Source of the DNA: an uncultured Acidimicrobiales bacterium
GTDB taxonomy: Bacteria > Actinomycetota > Acidimicrobiia > Acidimicrobiales > SHLQ01
Assembly: GCA_905479685.1 (NCBI GenBank)
Contig: CAJQNJ010000008.1
Location: forward strand, 10,488-74,487
Direction of reading: 5' to 3'
Length of the DNA: 64,000 nt
Shown here in pieces: positions 38,904-48,346 of the stretch. The stretch's first letter is position 1; the number at the start of each line of letters is the position of its first letter. The notes below the pieces were generated by a model. It saw only the letters and a program-made list of their open reading frames with translations. It was not told the DNA's origin and did no database searches. The position numbers were made by a program, and so were the translations under genes.

Positions 38904-40502
38904 ATGAGAGTTCGATCATTGCTTGCACTGCTGCTCGCACTGGCGTTGGTCGCCGCTGCGTGTGGCGAAGACACCGACACCGCGAGTCCGTCGGATGATC
39001 CGGCCGAAACGACCGCGCCGACCGAAACCGATGCCGAGCCCGAGACGACGACCACGCTGCCGCCGACTACGACATCGACAACGGCGGCGCCGGAGTCACA
39101 GGCGACTGAAGCCTTCATCGGACTCCAGCTCGAGCCACCCACACTCGACCTGACGGCGAGCCCAGCGGCCGCCATTCCCCAGGTGTTGCTGTACAACGTC
39201 TACGAGACACTGGTTCGTCTCCAACCCGATGGTTCGATCACCGGCCTACTCGCAGACAGTTGGGACGTGAGCGAAGACGGCCTGACCTACACCTTCAACC
39301 TGCAAGACGGCGTCACGTTCCACAGCGGGGACCCCCTGACCGCTGAAGATGTCGTGTTCTCGATCACCAACGTGACCAGCAACGAGGAACATCCGTTCAA
39401 CTCGACCTTCGCTCCCATCAGCGGTGTTACGGCGGTGGACGACTCCACTGTCGAGGTGACGCTCAGCCAGGTGAGCGCGAGCCTGCTGTTCTTCATGACG
39501 CAAGGACAGGGCGCCATTCTCAACGAGGCCTCGATGGACTCGATCGAGAACAGTGCTGACGGGTCAGGCCCATTCCAGTTCGGCGAGTGGAACGTCGGCG
39601 ACTCGATCGTTCTCAACAGGTCCGATGACTACTGGGGTGATCCGGCCTTGCTCGAGACGGTCACGTTCCGATACATCACCGATCCGAACGCGCTCAACAA
39701 TGCAATGCTCGGCGATCAATTGGACTTGGTCGCTGGCGTATCGGCTCCCGAGCTCCTCGAAGCCTTCGAGTCAGACGATCGTTTCACGGTGCAAACGGGT
39801 CTCACGTTCGGAGAGGTCACGGTGTCACTCAACGGTCGACGAGCACCCTTCGACGATGTCCTTGTCCGCCAAGCTGTCAGCCACGCGATCGACCGCCAAG
39901 CAGTGATCGACCTCGCGTATGCCGGGTATGGCGTGCCGATCGGGACATTCTCGACGCCTCTGGACCCCTGGTACGAAGACCTCACCGGTGTGTACGACTA
40001 CGACCCGGACCGGGCACGAGAGTTGCTCGAAGAAGCGGGAGCAACCGACCTCACCGTCGAGATGGTCCTCCCACCGCCTTCCTATGCGTCACGTGGTGGT
40101 GAGATCATCGCCAGCCAGCTCGGCGAGGTCGGTATCACGGCCAACATCACCAACGTCGAGTGGGGGGTCTGGCTCGAAGACGTCTTTGCAAATTACGACT
40201 TCGACATGTCGATCGTTGCACACGTCGAACCCCTCGACCTCGCGCAGTATGGCAACGCCGAGTACTACTGGGGCAACGACAGCCCGAGCGTTGCGCCGCT
40301 GTTGGAGCAGGCAGATTCCGAGCCTGACGAAGACACCCGGAACGCCCTCTACACCCAGGTGCTCGAAGAGATCACCGCGCAAGCTGCCGATGCTTGGATC
40401 TTCAACCTCCCGCAGCTCTCGGTCTCCAAGACCGGGCTCACCGGATATGAAGTCAACCTCCCGGGTTCCCTCGATGTCACCCAGCTCGCGATCAACTCAT
40501 AG
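38904..40502 (+). CDS. ABC transporter substrate-binding lipoprotein, family 5 (peptide/nickel type)
   Basis: MRVRSLLALLLALALVAAACG lipobox, an acidic Thr/Pro linker, then an SBP_bac_5-like body (LVRLQPDGSITGLLADSW). Confidence 0.9.
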   Translation: MRVRSLLALLLALALVAAACGEDTDTASPSDDPAETTAPTETDAEPETTTTLPPTTTSTTAAPESQATEAFIGLQLEPPTLDLTASPAAAIPQVLLYNVYETLVRLQPDGSITGLLADSWDVSEDGLTYTFNLQDGVTFHSGDPLTAEDVVFSITNVTSNEEHPFNSTFAPISGVTAVDDSTVEVTLSQVSASLLFFMTQGQGAILNEASMDSIENSADGSGPFQFGEWNVGDSIVLNRSDDYWGDPALLETVTFRYITDPNALNNAMLGDQLDLVAGVSAPELLEAFESDDRFTVQTGLTFGEVTVSLNGRRAPFDDVLVRQAVSHAIDRQAVIDLAYAGYGVPIGTFSTPLDPWYEDLTGVYDYDPDRARELLEEAGATDLTVEMVLPPPSYASRGGEIIASQLGEVGITANITNVEWGVWLEDVFANYDFDMSIVAHVEPLDLAQYGNAEYYWGNDSPSVAPLLEQADSEPDEDTRNALYTQVLEEITAQAADAWIFNLPQLSVSKTGLTGYEVNLPGSLDVTQLAINS

Positions 40503-41694
40503 CCGCAGATCCTCGCTCGACAGGGACGGCGTCATCTCGCTCACCCAACGGCTGGTTCGCGCTCCGAGCGTGAACCAGCCCGAACTGGGCAGAAGCGAGG
40601 CGTCGGCGGTCGCCGTCGTCGTCGAACAAGCTGCCGAGTTCGGCTGGGAGGTACAGCTGGAAGAGGTTGCGCCCGGACGGCCAAACGCGATCGTGCGCAT
40701 CGACGGAGGCCTACCTGGACCCTGCCTGCTGTTCGAAGGTCACACAGATGTGGTCACCGAAGGTGATGCCACTGCATGGACGTACGACCCGTTCGGGGCC
40801 GAAATCGAGGACGGCAAGCTCTATGGACGAGGATCGGCCGACATGAAAGGTGGCGTCGCAGCGTTCATGCACGCCGCGCGTGCGGTCGAACTCGGTGGAC
40901 CGTTCCCAGGGACGGTCATGCTCGCCATCCTCTGCGACGAGGAAGAGATGATGATCGGCGTTCACGACTTCGTGGCGAAGGGGCACGCAGAAGGTGTCGC
41001 TGGGGCCATCGTGTGTGAGCCCGAAGGAGGCGAAGTCTGCAACACGCAGAAGGGAGCGATTCGACTACGAATCGACATCACGGGAACCATGGCACATGGT
41101 GCGATGCCACATCAGGGCCGCAACCCGATCTCGGCTGCAAGCAGCTTCATTGCCCAGGCACAACAGATCGAAGCGGACCTTCAACGCGCGCACGGCGATC
41201 ATCCCCAACTCGGACTCGCATACCTCACGCCGACACACATCTCTGCGGGCACGTTGCCTCAGCTGAACGTGATCCCTGGCGAATCGATCCTCACCTACGA
41301 CATTCGAACCATCCCAGGTATTGATCATGCCGTACTCCTCCAGAGGCTTCGCGATACGGCAACCGAGATCGAGGAAGCGCTCGGCGTCGGCATCACCTTC
41401 ACGATCATCGTCGATCGCCCCCCGACCGACACGCCGATCGACCACCCCGTGGTGACAGCCGTTGCACAAGCACACGCCGCAGTCACAGGCGAGGAACCCG
41501 TGTATGGCGGAGTCCCGGGCACGACCGACGGCACCATTCTCTGGCGAGACGCTGGCCTTCCGGTCGTCGTTTACGGCCCGGGAGGCAAGTGGATCGCACA
41601 TCAACGAGACGAGTTCGTCGAGGTCGATGAACTCGTCAGATGTGCCGAGGTCTACGTCGAAGCAATCGTTCGATTCCTCGAGATTCCGAGCTGA
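40474..41694 (+). CDS. M20 family metallopeptidase (ArgE/DapE/ACY1-like)
   Basis: LTQRLVRAPS..., FEGHTDVV, YGRGSADMKGG. ATG 40474 overlaps the SBP 3' end by 29 nt. The start is uncertain. Confidence 0.8.
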   Translation: MSPSSRSTHSRRSSLDRDGVISLTQRLVRAPSVNQPELGRSEASAVAVVVEQAAEFGWEVQLEEVAPGRPNAIVRIDGGLPGPCLLFEGHTDVVTEGDATAWTYDPFGAEIEDGKLYGRGSADMKGGVAAFMHAARAVELGGPFPGTVMLAILCDEEEMMIGVHDFVAKGHAEGVAGAIVCEPEGGEVCNTQKGAIRLRIDITGTMAHGAMPHQGRNPISAASSFIAQAQQIEADLQRAHGDHPQLGLAYLTPTHISAGTLPQLNVIPGESILTYDIRTIPGIDHAVLLQRLRDTATEIEEALGVGITFTIIVDRPPTDTPIDHPVVTAVAQAHAAVTGEEPVYGGVPGTTDGTILWRDAGLPVVVYGPGGKWIAHQRDEFVEVDELVRCAEVYVEAIVRFLEIPS

Positions 41695-41702
41695 GCCAGC
41701 AG

Positions 41703-44700
41703 CTACTGCGCGAGCTGCACGAGCACGGCGGTACCCGCGCCAACCAAGTACCCGCGACCGGGGATCTTCGCCGAGAGCACGTGGCGCGGGAGACGCACTC
41801 CGAGCAGTTCACCATCGGAGGCGTTCTCGGGCTGTAACACGACACCGGTGCCAGCGGTTCGGACGAAACGGGTCCAATGTCCGAAGGCCTGGCGTCCGAC
41901 CGAGGTCCGGAGACTCGCAATGATCGTCACGTGCGTTGGGGCATTGCGTGCAAGGTCGAAAAGCGGCCCACCCTCCAGATCGATTCGATCGGCATCGTCG
42001 ACGATGACCACCCAACGCCGATCATCCTCGGCTGCCATCCGAACGACATGCTCGACATCGTCCGGTGTACCTCCGGCGTCAAACGACGGATCATCGAGCA
42101 GCCGACCACCATCCTCGGGGGTGATGGCGACCAGCACGAGTTCTGGTGCGGCGGCTCGCAGTTTTGATGCCATGACGGTCAAGGCTGTTGTGCGGCCGCT
42201 GCCAGGAGGTCCAGCCACGACGGCATGATCTCCGGGTCGGATGGTCAGGAGCGCGTCGGCACGGGTTGTGTCGGTGATCCCGATGGGCAGTTGCAGGCCA
42301 GGACCGACCCTCGCTGCGCCAAGCTGCCCTCGGTCGATCGATGTCGTCAACGCATCGATGATGGGTGGCGACGATGTCGCTCTGAGACTGGATACGGCGA
42401 TGAAGCGTTCCCAGTTCACGATCTGGGACACCATGGCGTCGGGGCCAACAAGCGCGCGTCCCGGGCAGAATGTCGGTATCGATCTTCCTCTGACACCCAA
42501 CGACGCATAGTCGGTCGGGTCTGATTGTTCGAGCGTGATGTGCTGGCGTACATGAGGGCGCACCGCTCGCGGAAGCTCGGCCCAACGGGTGACGCCGAGC
42601 AGCATGACCATTCGCAGGGCCGGGCCGTCACGCGCCACTCGAGCCAAGAGTTCACCACTCGACGTCCCGGGTTCTGCACCCACGGAATCCCAGAACGCGG
42701 CCACCCCATCAACCGCAATCACGATCAGCGGGAGCGACGCGACCTCGACCATGGTCACGTCGCGACGCGCCTCGAGCTCAGTCTCGAGAAACGAGAGGAG
42801 TCGATCGTGCAATTCGGATTCGCCTGGCTGCAGGCAACACGAGACATGTGGGAACTCGTCGATACCCGAGAGCCCTCCCGCGGCGTGATCGGAGGCGAAG
42901 ACCCAGGGCTGGGGGTCGTGAAGCGCGAGCGCACACAGCAGGCTCCGGATCGTTGTCGTCACTCCGCTTCCAGGAACACCCGCTATGCCGAGGTGGCCAG
43001 TGGCGGGATTCCAACTGCGAATCATCCGCCGCTGGTTCGACGGATCATCGCCGAGCGCGACAGCCACGACATCACCATCGTCATCGCTCTCGAGCTGTTC
43101 GAGATCGCCCATCGTCACAACAGCGGGGAGCGGCTCGAGCCACGGCCGGCGAGGTGTGAAACGGTCGCCCGCAGCGTCAACGATGGTCGCTACGAGACGA
43201 TCGAGCTCGGTGTCCTCTCCTGTCCCCGGTAGTCGTTCGAATACAGGGTCGAGCCCTTGACCGAGCTGAACGTCGGCAACTCGAACTCGTGCCGCCGTCG
43301 GATCGGCGGGCCCAGAGATGTATGCGGTCTGAACCACATCGAGATCGCCGGAACCCCGCCGTACAAAGGCTCGGCCAGGGTTCGAACGAGGGATATCAAC
43401 GGCCGACGCTACATCGATCACATCACTGGAGTCACCGGCGTGCTGCACTCGAAACGCCACGCGGAGGTTTGTGTTCGCCCGGATGTTTGCATCGACAGCA
43501 CCCGATGGACGTTGCGTAGCGAGGATGAGGTGCACCCCGAGGCTGCGTCCACGTTGTGCGATACCCACCAGAGATGTCACGAACTCGGGCAGCTCGTTGC
43601 GCAGCGTTGCGAATTCGTCGACGGCTACGACGAGTCGGGGAATCGCGCCGGCGGGAGAGCCGATTCGACGGTAGTCGTCGATGTCGGTTGCCTCAGCCGT
43701 GCGGAGCACTCGCTCGCGGTTGGTGAGCTCGGCTTCGAGAGACTGGAGCGCACGCTCGGCGAGGTGTGCGTCGAGATCGGTGACGATGCCCACGACATGG
43801 GGCAACGCTGCGCAACGATCGAAGGCTGACCCGCCCTTGTAGTCGATCAGCACGAAGACGACGTCGTCTGGATCGTGGTTGGATGCCAATCCGACGATCA
43901 TCGTCCGAAGGAATTCGGACTTACCTGCACCGGTTGTGCCGGCGATGAGGCCATGGGGCCCATCGGCAACCAGGTCGATGCACGTCACGCCGCTCTCGCC
44001 AAGTCCGATCTCTGCCCGCAGCACCCCGAGCGTCTTGTTCGTTCGCCAGCGGGCCAGGATCTCCGGTGACCCCAGACCATGCTCGAACAGCTCGCCATGT
44101 CGCACCTCGTCCGCGAGAGACCCGGCCGACAGGTGGCAGTCAGGATCTTCGAATCTGGCCATCGCGCGCGAGAGATCGAGCGCGACTTCACGGGGCACCG
44201 AATCGCTGATGCCGGTCGATTCTGTCTCGGGCCGCCCAGGCTCGCGCATCGAGAAGGCCCCGTCGGTGGCATCGAACTGGGCCACGAGATGTATCGAGGA
44301 CGGCAGCTGATCCGTCGTGCTCGCCACAACAATGCCGAACACGCGTTGATCGACCATCTCGAGGCATCGCCGGGCCGGACTCGATCGTCCATGGAGAAGC
44401 TGGACATCGTCGACGACCAGAAGACATCCCGGAGCTGTACGACGCTTGTCGGTGCCCGCTCGATCGAGCAGCCTCGACGCAAAACCTGCGGCGGCTTCAC
44501 CAGCGAGCACACGGGCGCCACCACCGGTGGTTGCGCAATGCGGCAACCATTGTGTCCACGCCCACGACTCGATGCGTTCGGGGGTTGTGAGGACTGCGAT
44601 CTCGATATCGGCTGGCCCATGGTGCGTTGCCAGCTGAAGAAGTGCCGAGCGGGCGGCGGCCTCGGCACGACTCGCGTCGCCGATGAACCCCACCGGTCCA

Positions 44701-45857
44701 TTTGTGAGGTCGACCAGAACTTCGATGTCCTGCAATGATCGCTCGGCCTCGAGTGTTGCTCGAACATCGTGCGGCACCGACGCGAGGTCTGCTGGGTCGG
44801 TCCGAAGATCCCACGGCGACTCCCCCATGCCCAGGCGAACGTTCATTGCGTCCGCAGCATCGAAACGACGCTCCCAGAGTTGTATCGAGGGGACTTCGAC
44901 CCGGCGTCGTATCTCGAGAAGATCCGGCCCGAACGAGCGTCGCCGTTGCCGTTCGGCCTCCGAGGCGCTCCGCAGATCTCGCTCGACGGCGAGGAGCGCG
45001 TCGCGGTGTGTTCGATGGTCACGTTTCCGCTCCGCGCGAACCCGACGTCTTCCCGTCAGCCAATTCCCGATTGCCATCACCGGAGAGAGAAGTCCGAAGA
45101 TCGCGTATCGCCACGACCCAAGAGCCACCACCATCACGGCCGCAAACACAACCGGCACGAGAAGGGAGACGATGGTCAACGTGGGATTCGTCCGCTGCTC
45201 CATCGCGCCGGGCAGCACGATCGCTGCGGGCGGTTCGAGCACTGGTGGGCGTGGTGGACGGTTGACGAGGATGTGCCCAGATGCGTCTGCGTGGCCGGGC
45301 GTCGTCGCGACCGGGCGATCGTCGGAATGCATCCGCCGAACGACCACCGAAGATGACCCGAGTCGTACACGTGCGTCGACCGGCAGCTCAGTAGGACCAG
45401 CGATGCTCGACCCGTCGATCCACGTTCCATTGCGTGAGTTCAGATCTTCTATCTCGATGGCGCCCTCGTTCGTGCGCCTCACAACCGCGTGAGAGGTAGA
45501 AACACTTGTGTTGTCGATCGGCAGGTCGTTCGCCGCACCCCTGCCGACAGTCGTGCTCTCCCTCAGATCCACGTGACACATCGACCCGGTATCCGTACCG
45601 CCAACCACACCGAGCACGGTGGTATCGAACTCTGGTGACGGCTGTTCGGCCATATGGGCAGGCGTGACGACGGAACCATCGACAAGGGGAACATCCCCAA
45701 GAGCGACCGCGTGACCACGAATCGTGCCATCGATGGACAGCGCAACATCACCATCGAAACCAAGTGCGAGCGCAAGATCTCGCACGGTCGCGTCAGGGGC
45801 CTGGACAGCCAGCGCAACGACCCTTGCCGAGCCGTCTGTCTTGACCTCGAGCCGCAT
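41703..45857 (-). CDS. FtsK/SpoIIIE-family ATPase with N-terminal FHA domain, 2 TM helices and three P-loop modules (EssC/EccC-type type VII secretion motor)
   Basis: 1384 aa. FHA (TVGRGAANDLPID...STSHAVV...NSRNGTWIDG). TM helices (TLTIVSLLVPVVFAAVMVVALG, YAIFGLLSPVMAIGNWL). Walker A x3 (GTTGAGKSEF, GVPGSGVTTT, GPPGSGRTTA). Confidence 0.85.
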   Translation of the reverse strand: MRLEVKTDGSARVVALAVQAPDATVRDLALALGFDGDVALSIDGTIRGHAVALGDVPLVDGSVVTPAHMAEQPSPEFDTTVLGVVGGTDTGSMCHVDLRESTTVGRGAANDLPIDNTSVSTSHAVVRRTNEGAIEIEDLNSRNGTWIDGSSIAGPTELPVDARVRLGSSSVVVRRMHSDDRPVATTPGHADASGHILVNRPPRPPVLEPPAAIVLPGAMEQRTNPTLTIVSLLVPVVFAAVMVVALGSWRYAIFGLLSPVMAIGNWLTGRRRVRAERKRDHRTHRDALLAVERDLRSASEAERQRRRSFGPDLLEIRRRVEVPSIQLWERRFDAADAMNVRLGMGESPWDLRTDPADLASVPHDVRATLEAERSLQDIEVLVDLTNGPVGFIGDASRAEAAARSALLQLATHHGPADIEIAVLTTPERIESWAWTQWLPHCATTGGGARVLAGEAAAGFASRLLDRAGTDKRRTAPGCLLVVDDVQLLHGRSSPARRCLEMVDQRVFGIVVASTTDQLPSSIHLVAQFDATDGAFSMREPGRPETESTGISDSVPREVALDLSRAMARFEDPDCHLSAGSLADEVRHGELFEHGLGSPEILARWRTNKTLGVLRAEIGLGESGVTCIDLVADGPHGLIAGTTGAGKSEFLRTMIVGLASNHDPDDVVFVLIDYKGGSAFDRCAALPHVVGIVTDLDAHLAERALQSLEAELTNRERVLRTAEATDIDDYRRIGSPAGAIPRLVVAVDEFATLRNELPEFVTSLVGIAQRGRSLGVHLILATQRPSGAVDANIRANTNLRVAFRVQHAGDSSDVIDVASAVDIPRSNPGRAFVRRGSGDLDVVQTAYISGPADPTAARVRVADVQLGQGLDPVFERLPGTGEDTELDRLVATIVDAAGDRFTPRRPWLEPLPAVVTMGDLEQLESDDDGDVVAVALGDDPSNQRRMIRSWNPATGHLGIAGVPGSGVTTTIRSLLCALALHDPQPWVFASDHAAGGLSGIDEFPHVSCCLQPGESELHDRLLSFLETELEARRDVTMVEVASLPLIVIAVDGVAAFWDSVGAEPGTSSGELLARVARDGPALRMVMLLGVTRWAELPRAVRPHVRQHITLEQSDPTDYASLGVRGRSIPTFCPGRALVGPDAMVSQIVNWERFIAVSSLRATSSPPIIDALTTSIDRGQLGAARVGPGLQLPIGITDTTRADALLTIRPGDHAVVAGPPGSGRTTALTVMASKLRAAAPELVLVAITPEDGGRLLDDPSFDAGGTPDDVEHVVRMAAEDDRRWVVIVDDADRIDLEGGPLFDLARNAPTHVTIIASLRTSVGRQAFGHWTRFVRTAGTGVVLQPENASDGELLGVRLPRHVLSAKIPGRGYLVGAGTAVLVQLAQ

Positions 45858-45971
45858 CTTCCCTCCTACACGCCCAGAGACACTCCAGACATCCGAATTC
45901 GAGAGTAGAACTCACACCGGTGGTCGCTGATGGGCCATCCGACCCCCGTTTGGTCGTCGAAGAAGACGATT

Positions 45972-47276
45972 TCAGTCGCGCACGAGACCGACGATTGTCT
46001 CCACGTGGCTCGTGTCCGGGAACGCGTCGACGATCTCGATCGAGTCGATCGTGTAGCCATGCTCGCGAAGGAGTCCGACGTCGCGTCCCAAGGAGCCCGT
46101 ATCGCAACTGACGAGTACGAAGCGTCGTGCTGCGCATGTGATCAGCGCCGTAACTCCATCCTTGCCGAGTCCAGAACGCGCCGGGTCGGCAATCACCACG
46201 TCGGCCGCGACGCCAGGCCATTCCTCCACAGCGCATTCGACGACTGTGGCAGGCAGTTCGGCGAGATTCCGTCGTGCATCTCTCGTGGAGCTTCCTGACC
46301 GTTCGACGCTCCAGATGTCCGAGGCGGTCGACGCGACGGTTCCTCCGAACAGTCCGATGCCTCCGTACGCATCGACGACCCGCAACCCGCTGATCTGGCC
46401 AGCAGCCGCCGCTACCGATGCCACCAACGCAGTTGCGATGGTCGGTCCAGCCTGAAAGAACGAGTCGATCGACACCTGCCAATCTCGACCTGCCGCACGT
46501 TCGATCATCGACACGCGACGCCCCGCTGCGAGCTCATCTCGACTCGTGACCAACACGTCATCGGGCAACTCGACATCACCCACGTCACCGTCGACCAGCG
46601 CGCAGCGCTCACCTGTGCTCGCGCTGGCTCGAAACACGACTTCGGGGCCAGCTGCGGGGCCGAATCGACCGTTGACCAACATGTCCTCGACGAGTGGGTG
46701 TGCGATGCCGCAGTGCGAAGCTGCAACGACTTCGTGACTTGCGCGCTTTCGATATCCAGCGCGTCCGTCGTTGATGGCAGCCCGAACGGTCGTCCGGTAC
46801 CCGTACGGGTCGATATCGCCTGCGCCAGACGGTGTGCCGAGCAGACGTTCGATGTCGTCTGGTGCACACCGGGCGATCCGCACGAGCGCGTCCGAAACAA
46901 CTCGACGCTTGATCTCGTGTTGGAGCGCCTTCGTCGCATGCGCCAGATCGCATCCACCACAGCCTCTTCGGTGGGTGGGACACGTTGGCTCCACACGCCC
47001 CGGCGACTCGTCGAGCACCTCGACGACGCGACCACGGGCAAACCGCTTCTTCTCGATGTCGAGCGCCACCCGAACCGTCTCGCCTGGCAGTCCACCGTCA
47101 CAAAAGACGACGCGCCCCATGGCGTCACGGGCAACTGACGCCCCGCCGTTCGCAGGACCCTCGAGGACCAAATCGACAGGGGTCGATGACGAGGTCCGGG
47201 GCGGCGGACGGCGAGATGAAGTCACCGACGCAGGATACGTTCTCGAAGATGCGCACGCTCTAGGGTCGCGACCCAT
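45972..47276 (-). CDS. TRAM-domain class I SAM-dependent RNA (uracil-5)-methyltransferase (RlmD/TrmA family)
   Basis: TRAM-like N-terminus (GGASVARDAMGRVVFCDGGLPGETVRV), Cys cluster CPTHRRGCGGCD, and C-terminal DAYGGIGLFG...DPARSG...VSCD. The true start may be GTG 47225 or TTG 47171, because ATG 47276 overlaps the rpe ATG. Confidence 0.8.
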   Translation of the reverse strand: MGRDPRACASSRTYPASVTSSRRPPPRTSSSTPVDLVLEGPANGGASVARDAMGRVVFCDGGLPGETVRVALDIEKKRFARGRVVEVLDESPGRVEPTCPTHRRGCGGCDLAHATKALQHEIKRRVVSDALVRIARCAPDDIERLLGTPSGAGDIDPYGYRTTVRAAINDGRAGYRKRASHEVVAASHCGIAHPLVEDMLVNGRFGPAAGPEVVFRASASTGERCALVDGDVGDVELPDDVLVTSRDELAAGRRVSMIERAAGRDWQVSIDSFFQAGPTIATALVASVAAAAGQISGLRVVDAYGGIGLFGGTVASTASDIWSVERSGSSTRDARRNLAELPATVVECAVEEWPGVAADVVIADPARSGLGKDGVTALITCAARRFVLVSCDTGSLGRDVGLLREHGYTIDSIEIVDAFPDTSHVETIVGLVRD

Positions 47277-47946
47277 GACCCGCCGGATCGAAATCGTTCC
47301 TTCTGTACTCCCCGCCGACTTCTCGAACCTCGGAGACGAATGCCGTCGACTGGGAGAAGCTGGAGTCGACCGAATTCAGTGGGATGTCATGGACGGAAAC
47401 TTCGTCCCAAATCTCACCTTCGGGCCCGACGTCATCGCCGCGTGCCGACCACACACCGACGTGCGATTCGAAGCGCATCTGATGGTCGTCGACCCCGACC
47501 TGCTCGCCAAGCAGTACATCGACGCTGGCTGCGATCTGCTGATCGTGCATGCCGAGACGTCGACGCATCTCCATCGAACGCTCGCGAACATCGCAGATCT
47601 GGGCGGCAACGCTGCCGTGGCCCTGAATCCCTCGACGCCCATCGATGCACTCGAAAACATCCTCGATCTGATCGAGATGGTGTTGATCATGACCGTGAAC
47701 CCCGGCTTCGGAGGCCAGAAGTACATCGCCACGATGGAGCCGAAAATTGCCGCCACCCGGGCCATGCTCGACGCGAGCGGCCACGACATCGACCTCGAAG
47801 TCGACGGTGGTATCAGCAAGGACACGATCGCAGGCGCCGCAGCTGCGGGTGCGAATGTGTTGATCAGCGGCAGCGCGCTCTTCAAGTACCCCACACTCGC
47901 TGAAGGCGTCGCCGACTTACGCGCCAGAGCCGAAGCAGCGCAATAA
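47275..47946 (+). CDS. rpe: Ribulose-phosphate 3-epimerase
   Basis: IVPSVLPADFSNLGDE...DVMDGNFVPNLTFG...HLMV...MTVNPGFGGQ...DGG. Confidence 0.9.
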   Translation: MTRRIEIVPSVLPADFSNLGDECRRLGEAGVDRIQWDVMDGNFVPNLTFGPDVIAACRPHTDVRFEAHLMVVDPDLLAKQYIDAGCDLLIVHAETSTHLHRTLANIADLGGNAAVALNPSTPIDALENILDLIEMVLIMTVNPGFGGQKYIATMEPKIAATRAMLDASGHDIDLEVDGGISKDTIAGAAAAGANVLISGSALFKYPTLAEGVADLRARAEAAQ

Positions 47947-48108
47947 CACGTCGGGACTGCAACTCCTCGACACTTCCGGTCGAGAACCCCGGAAACCGAC
48001 ATGGTCGATCGCCTCCGGCTCACTCCCCTCTCGCCTGATGCGATTCCTTCTTGCGTAGAGAGGTTCACGTCTTCCTGGAACAACCGCCACAGCGAAGCTG
48101 AACACAAC

Positions 48109-48141
48109 CGAGACAGCGGGGTCCGAGACAGCGGGGTCCGA
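48109..48141. repeat. 15-nt perfect tandem repeat (cgagacagcggggtc x2.2)
   Basis: Read directly at 48109-48123 and 48124-48138, plus cga. Confidence 0.9.
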
Positions 48142-48173
48142 CCAGCCGAACGCGACAGACCCTCCAGCGAGAG

Positions 48174-48291
48174 AATCTGTGCAGCCGAACGTGTCACATT
48201 GGCACCTCAGCCTTCACAGAAACTCGTTTGGAAATCTGTGCAGCAGCAGGTGCCACCGGAGCACGCGGGGCTTCACAGAATCGTAGTTAGC
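48174..48291. repeat. Two imperfect 59-nt tandem units, each bounded by the inverted hexamers TCTGTG ... CACAGA
   Basis: aatctgtgcagc at 48174 and 48233. cttcacagaa at 48212 and 48271. The period is exactly 59 and the centres are diverged. Confidence 0.75.
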
Positions 48292-48346
48292 GAAGCGACG
48301 ATGCGATTGCCGGGAGCGAAGTGGGAAACAGGAACGAGCGGGAAAC

